Shown here piece by piece: positions 17,516 to 19,642 of a stretch of 19,642 nt of DNA. The notes beneath the pieces are model-generated. The model was not told where the DNA came from, did not search any database, and worked only from the letters and a program-made list of their open reading frames with translations. Position numbers and translations under genes: made by a program. This DNA comes from Candidatus Methylomirabilota bacterium (GTDB taxonomy: Bacteria; Methylomirabilota; Methylomirabilia; Rokubacteriales; CSP1-6): assembly GCA_046726415.1 (NCBI GenBank), contig JBKPAK010000222.1, positions 1 through 19,642 on the forward strand, read 5' to 3'. Numbering within the stretch: the stretch's first letter is position 1; each line of letters opens with the position of its first letter.

Positions 17516-17599
17516 GGCATGCTGCGCCCTTCGCCCGGGGGTGGCGAACCGCGGGCCCTGGCCGGCCACAGGTTGACGGTGGGAGCGTCCTGCTAACGC

Positions 17600-19513
17600 A
17601 TGTGCGGCATTGCCGGCGCGGTTCAGCTCAACGGCTCCCAACCCGTCTCTGAGCACAGCATTCGGCGAATGACGGCGGCCCTGCGCCACCGCGGCCCCGA
17701 CTCCGAAGGGATCTGGGTCGAGGGTGGCGTCGGACTCGGGAGCCGTCGATTGGCCGTGATCGATCTCTCCCCAGCCGCCACCCAGCCGCTCGTGAGCGCC
17801 GACGGCTCGCTGCGGCTCGTCTTCAATGGCGAGATTTACAACTTCCGCGCCCTCCGTGCGGAGCTGGAGGGGCGCGGCCATCGATTCCATTCCGCCACCG
17901 ACGGCGAGACGATCTTGCACCTGTACGAGGAGGAGGGGGTCGACTGTCTCCGACACTTGCGTGGAATGTTCGCCTTCGCGCTCTGGGACGGATCGCGTCG
18001 CACGCTGTTCATCGCGCGCGATCGGCTCGGCAAGAAGCCGCTCCTATTTCACGCGGCTCCCGGCCTATTTCTCTTCGCCTCCGAAGCGAAGGCCATCCTG
18101 CAGGACCGCCGCATCTCGGCCTCGCCCGACTACTCGGCCATCCACGACTACCTGACGTATGGCTATGTTCCGCCCGACCAGTCGGCCTTCCAGGGAATCC
18201 GCAGACTGCCGCCGGGGCATTATCTGCTCCTCCGTGACGGCGTCCCCCGCATCGAGCGATACTGGACCCTCCGCTACGCGCCGAAGCGCCGCCAATCCGA
18301 GGCCGTGCTCGCGGAAGAACTGGAGACCCTCCTCAGTGAGGCGGTCCGCCTCCGCCTCGAGAGCGACGTGCCGCTGGGCGTCTTGCTCAGCGGCGGATTG
18401 GATTCCAGCACGGTCGTCGCCCTCATGCGTCGCCTCGGGGTCCCTTCGCTGCGGACGTTTTCGATTGGCTTCGAGCATGCCGAGTACGACGAGCTGCCCT
18501 ACGCACGCCAGGTTGCCCGGCGCTTCGAGACGCAGCACCACGAGCGCGTGGTCAAACCGGCGGCCACCGAAGTCCTGCCCCGTCTGGCCTGGTACTTCGA
18601 TGAACCGTTCGCCGATTCCTCGGCCCTGCCCGTTTTCGCCCTCTGCGAGCTGGCCCGGGAGTTTGTCACCGTCGCCTTGAGCGGAGACGGAGGGGACGAG
18701 GCGTTCCTCGGCTACGATCGATACCGCGCCCTGATGCTAGGAGGGTGGTTGGACCGGTTGCCCTTTGGCGTTCGCCGCGCTCTGGCGGCCAGCGGCCGGC
18801 TGTTGCCGGCGGTCGGCGCCAAATCGCCGGCCCATCGATTGCGGCGACTGCTCGAGAATGCCGCCCAGCCCTCGACCCGCCGCTACGGGCAGTGGATCGG
18901 CCTCTTCAGCAATGCGCAAAAGCAGGAGCTCTACGAGCCCGAGTTCGCTCACAGTCTGAACGGACGCGATTCATTCGCGTTCCTCGAGCGCGCCTTCGCG
19001 GATTCCGACGCCTCTGAGCTGGCCGAAGCCGCCGCCTACGCGGACGTGCAGCTCTATCTACCCGGCGACCTCCTGGTCAAGATGGACTTGGCCAGCATGG
19101 CGCACTCGCTGGAGGTGCGCTCTCCCTTCCTCGACCATCGGGTGGTGGAGTTCGCGGCCACCCTGCCGCGGGGGCTGAAGCTGAGGGGGTTGACCCAGAA
19201 GTACCTACTTCGTCGCGTCATGGCCGACGTCCTGCCGGGACCGGTGCTGCGGCGCGCCAAGATGGGATTCGGTGTCCCCATCGATCACTGGTTCCGGCGC
19301 GACCTGCATGACCTGGCCCATGATCTTCTGCTGGGCCCGCGAGCGCGGGCCCGCGGCTACTTCCGGACATCGGCAGTAGCCCGGCTCCTCACCGAGCATG
19401 CCGCGGGACGGGCCGATCATCATGGTCGTCTATGGAGTCTGCTGATGCTGGAACTCTGGCATCGCACCTTCATCGATTCACCTCGGGCGGCGGGTGGGAC
19501 TCCCGAGTCCTGA
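17600..19513 (+). CDS. asnB: Asparagine synthase (glutamine-hydrolysing) family amidotransferase, probably amidating polysaccharide uronic acids
   Basis: N-terminal MCGIAG (Ntn Cys), HRGPD, FNGEIYN, RDRLGKKPL, LSGGLDSS PP-loop, LSGDGGDE, EVRSPFLD, KMGF. The polysaccharide role is inferred from context. Confidence 0.95.
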   Translation: MCGIAGAVQLNGSQPVSEHSIRRMTAALRHRGPDSEGIWVEGGVGLGSRRLAVIDLSPAATQPLVSADGSLRLVFNGEIYNFRALRAELEGRGHRFHSATDGETILHLYEEEGVDCLRHLRGMFAFALWDGSRRTLFIARDRLGKKPLLFHAAPGLFLFASEAKAILQDRRISASPDYSAIHDYLTYGYVPPDQSAFQGIRRLPPGHYLLLRDGVPRIERYWTLRYAPKRRQSEAVLAEELETLLSEAVRLRLESDVPLGVLLSGGLDSSTVVALMRRLGVPSLRTFSIGFEHAEYDELPYARQVARRFETQHHERVVKPAATEVLPRLAWYFDEPFADSSALPVFALCELAREFVTVALSGDGGDEAFLGYDRYRALMLGGWLDRLPFGVRRALAASGRLLPAVGAKSPAHRLRRLLENAAQPSTRRYGQWIGLFSNAQKQELYEPEFAHSLNGRDSFAFLERAFADSDASELAEAAAYADVQLYLPGDLLVKMDLASMAHSLEVRSPFLDHRVVEFAATLPRGLKLRGLTQKYLLRRVMADVLPGPVLRRAKMGFGVPIDHWFRRDLHDLAHDLLLGPRARARGYFRTSAVARLLTEHAAGRADHHGRLWSLLMLELWHRTFIDSPRAAGGTPES

Positions 19514-19642
19514 AGGTGTGGTTCTGACTGATGGCTTCCGTCCCCGCCGTGTCGATGGATCTCACCCTCACGTTGTAGGACGTGTTCGGGCGTAGATCGA
19601 CCAGCGAGAGCTGGTGCTGGCGAACAAAGGGCAACCGGGGAT
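19470..19642 (-). CDS. 3' end (partial) of a fibronectin type III domain-containing protein
   Basis: Hand translation of 19640 to 19470: PRLPFVRQHQLSLVDLRPNTSYNVRVRSIDTAGTEAISQNHTFRTRESHPPPEVNR*. It shows the FN3 pattern L-x-P-x-T-x-Y-x-V-x-V-x-S-x-D-x-x-G...F-x-T. The start lies outside the window. Confidence 0.75.
   Translation of the reverse strand, partial: PRLPFVRQHQLSLVDLRPNTSYNVRVRSIDTAGTEAISQNHTFRTRESHPPPEVNR

Overview
This GC-rich bacterial window is almost entirely one plus-strand Wzx/Wzy-dependent exopolysaccharide/capsule biosynthesis cluster. Gene order: wza-like export lipoprotein, wzc co-polymerase/tyrosine kinase, wzy-like polymerase, NAD-dependent sugar epimerase/decarboxylase, three GT4 glycosyltransferases, an in-frame fusion of an initiating phosphoglycosyl transferase with a GT4, a decayed and rearranged block (12158-15583), a SAM methyltransferase, another GT4 and an AsnB-type amidotransferase. 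The 3' end of a convergent FN3-domain gene, absent from the ORF track, overlaps the end of asnB. The decayed block holds a wzx flippase split into out-of-order, frameshifted pieces, half an FkbM methyltransferase, one intact GT, a truncated GT paralog and the 3' end of an IS91/ISCR-type rolling-circle element. One reading is that a ~2.85 kb ISCR-type cargo block was inserted into the flippase gene. Other notable points are 33-bp tandem repeats in both wza and wzc and an exact ops-consensus match at the start of the operon. I cannot support a wholly new biological system. All family assignments are from motif recognition by eye, not database searches.
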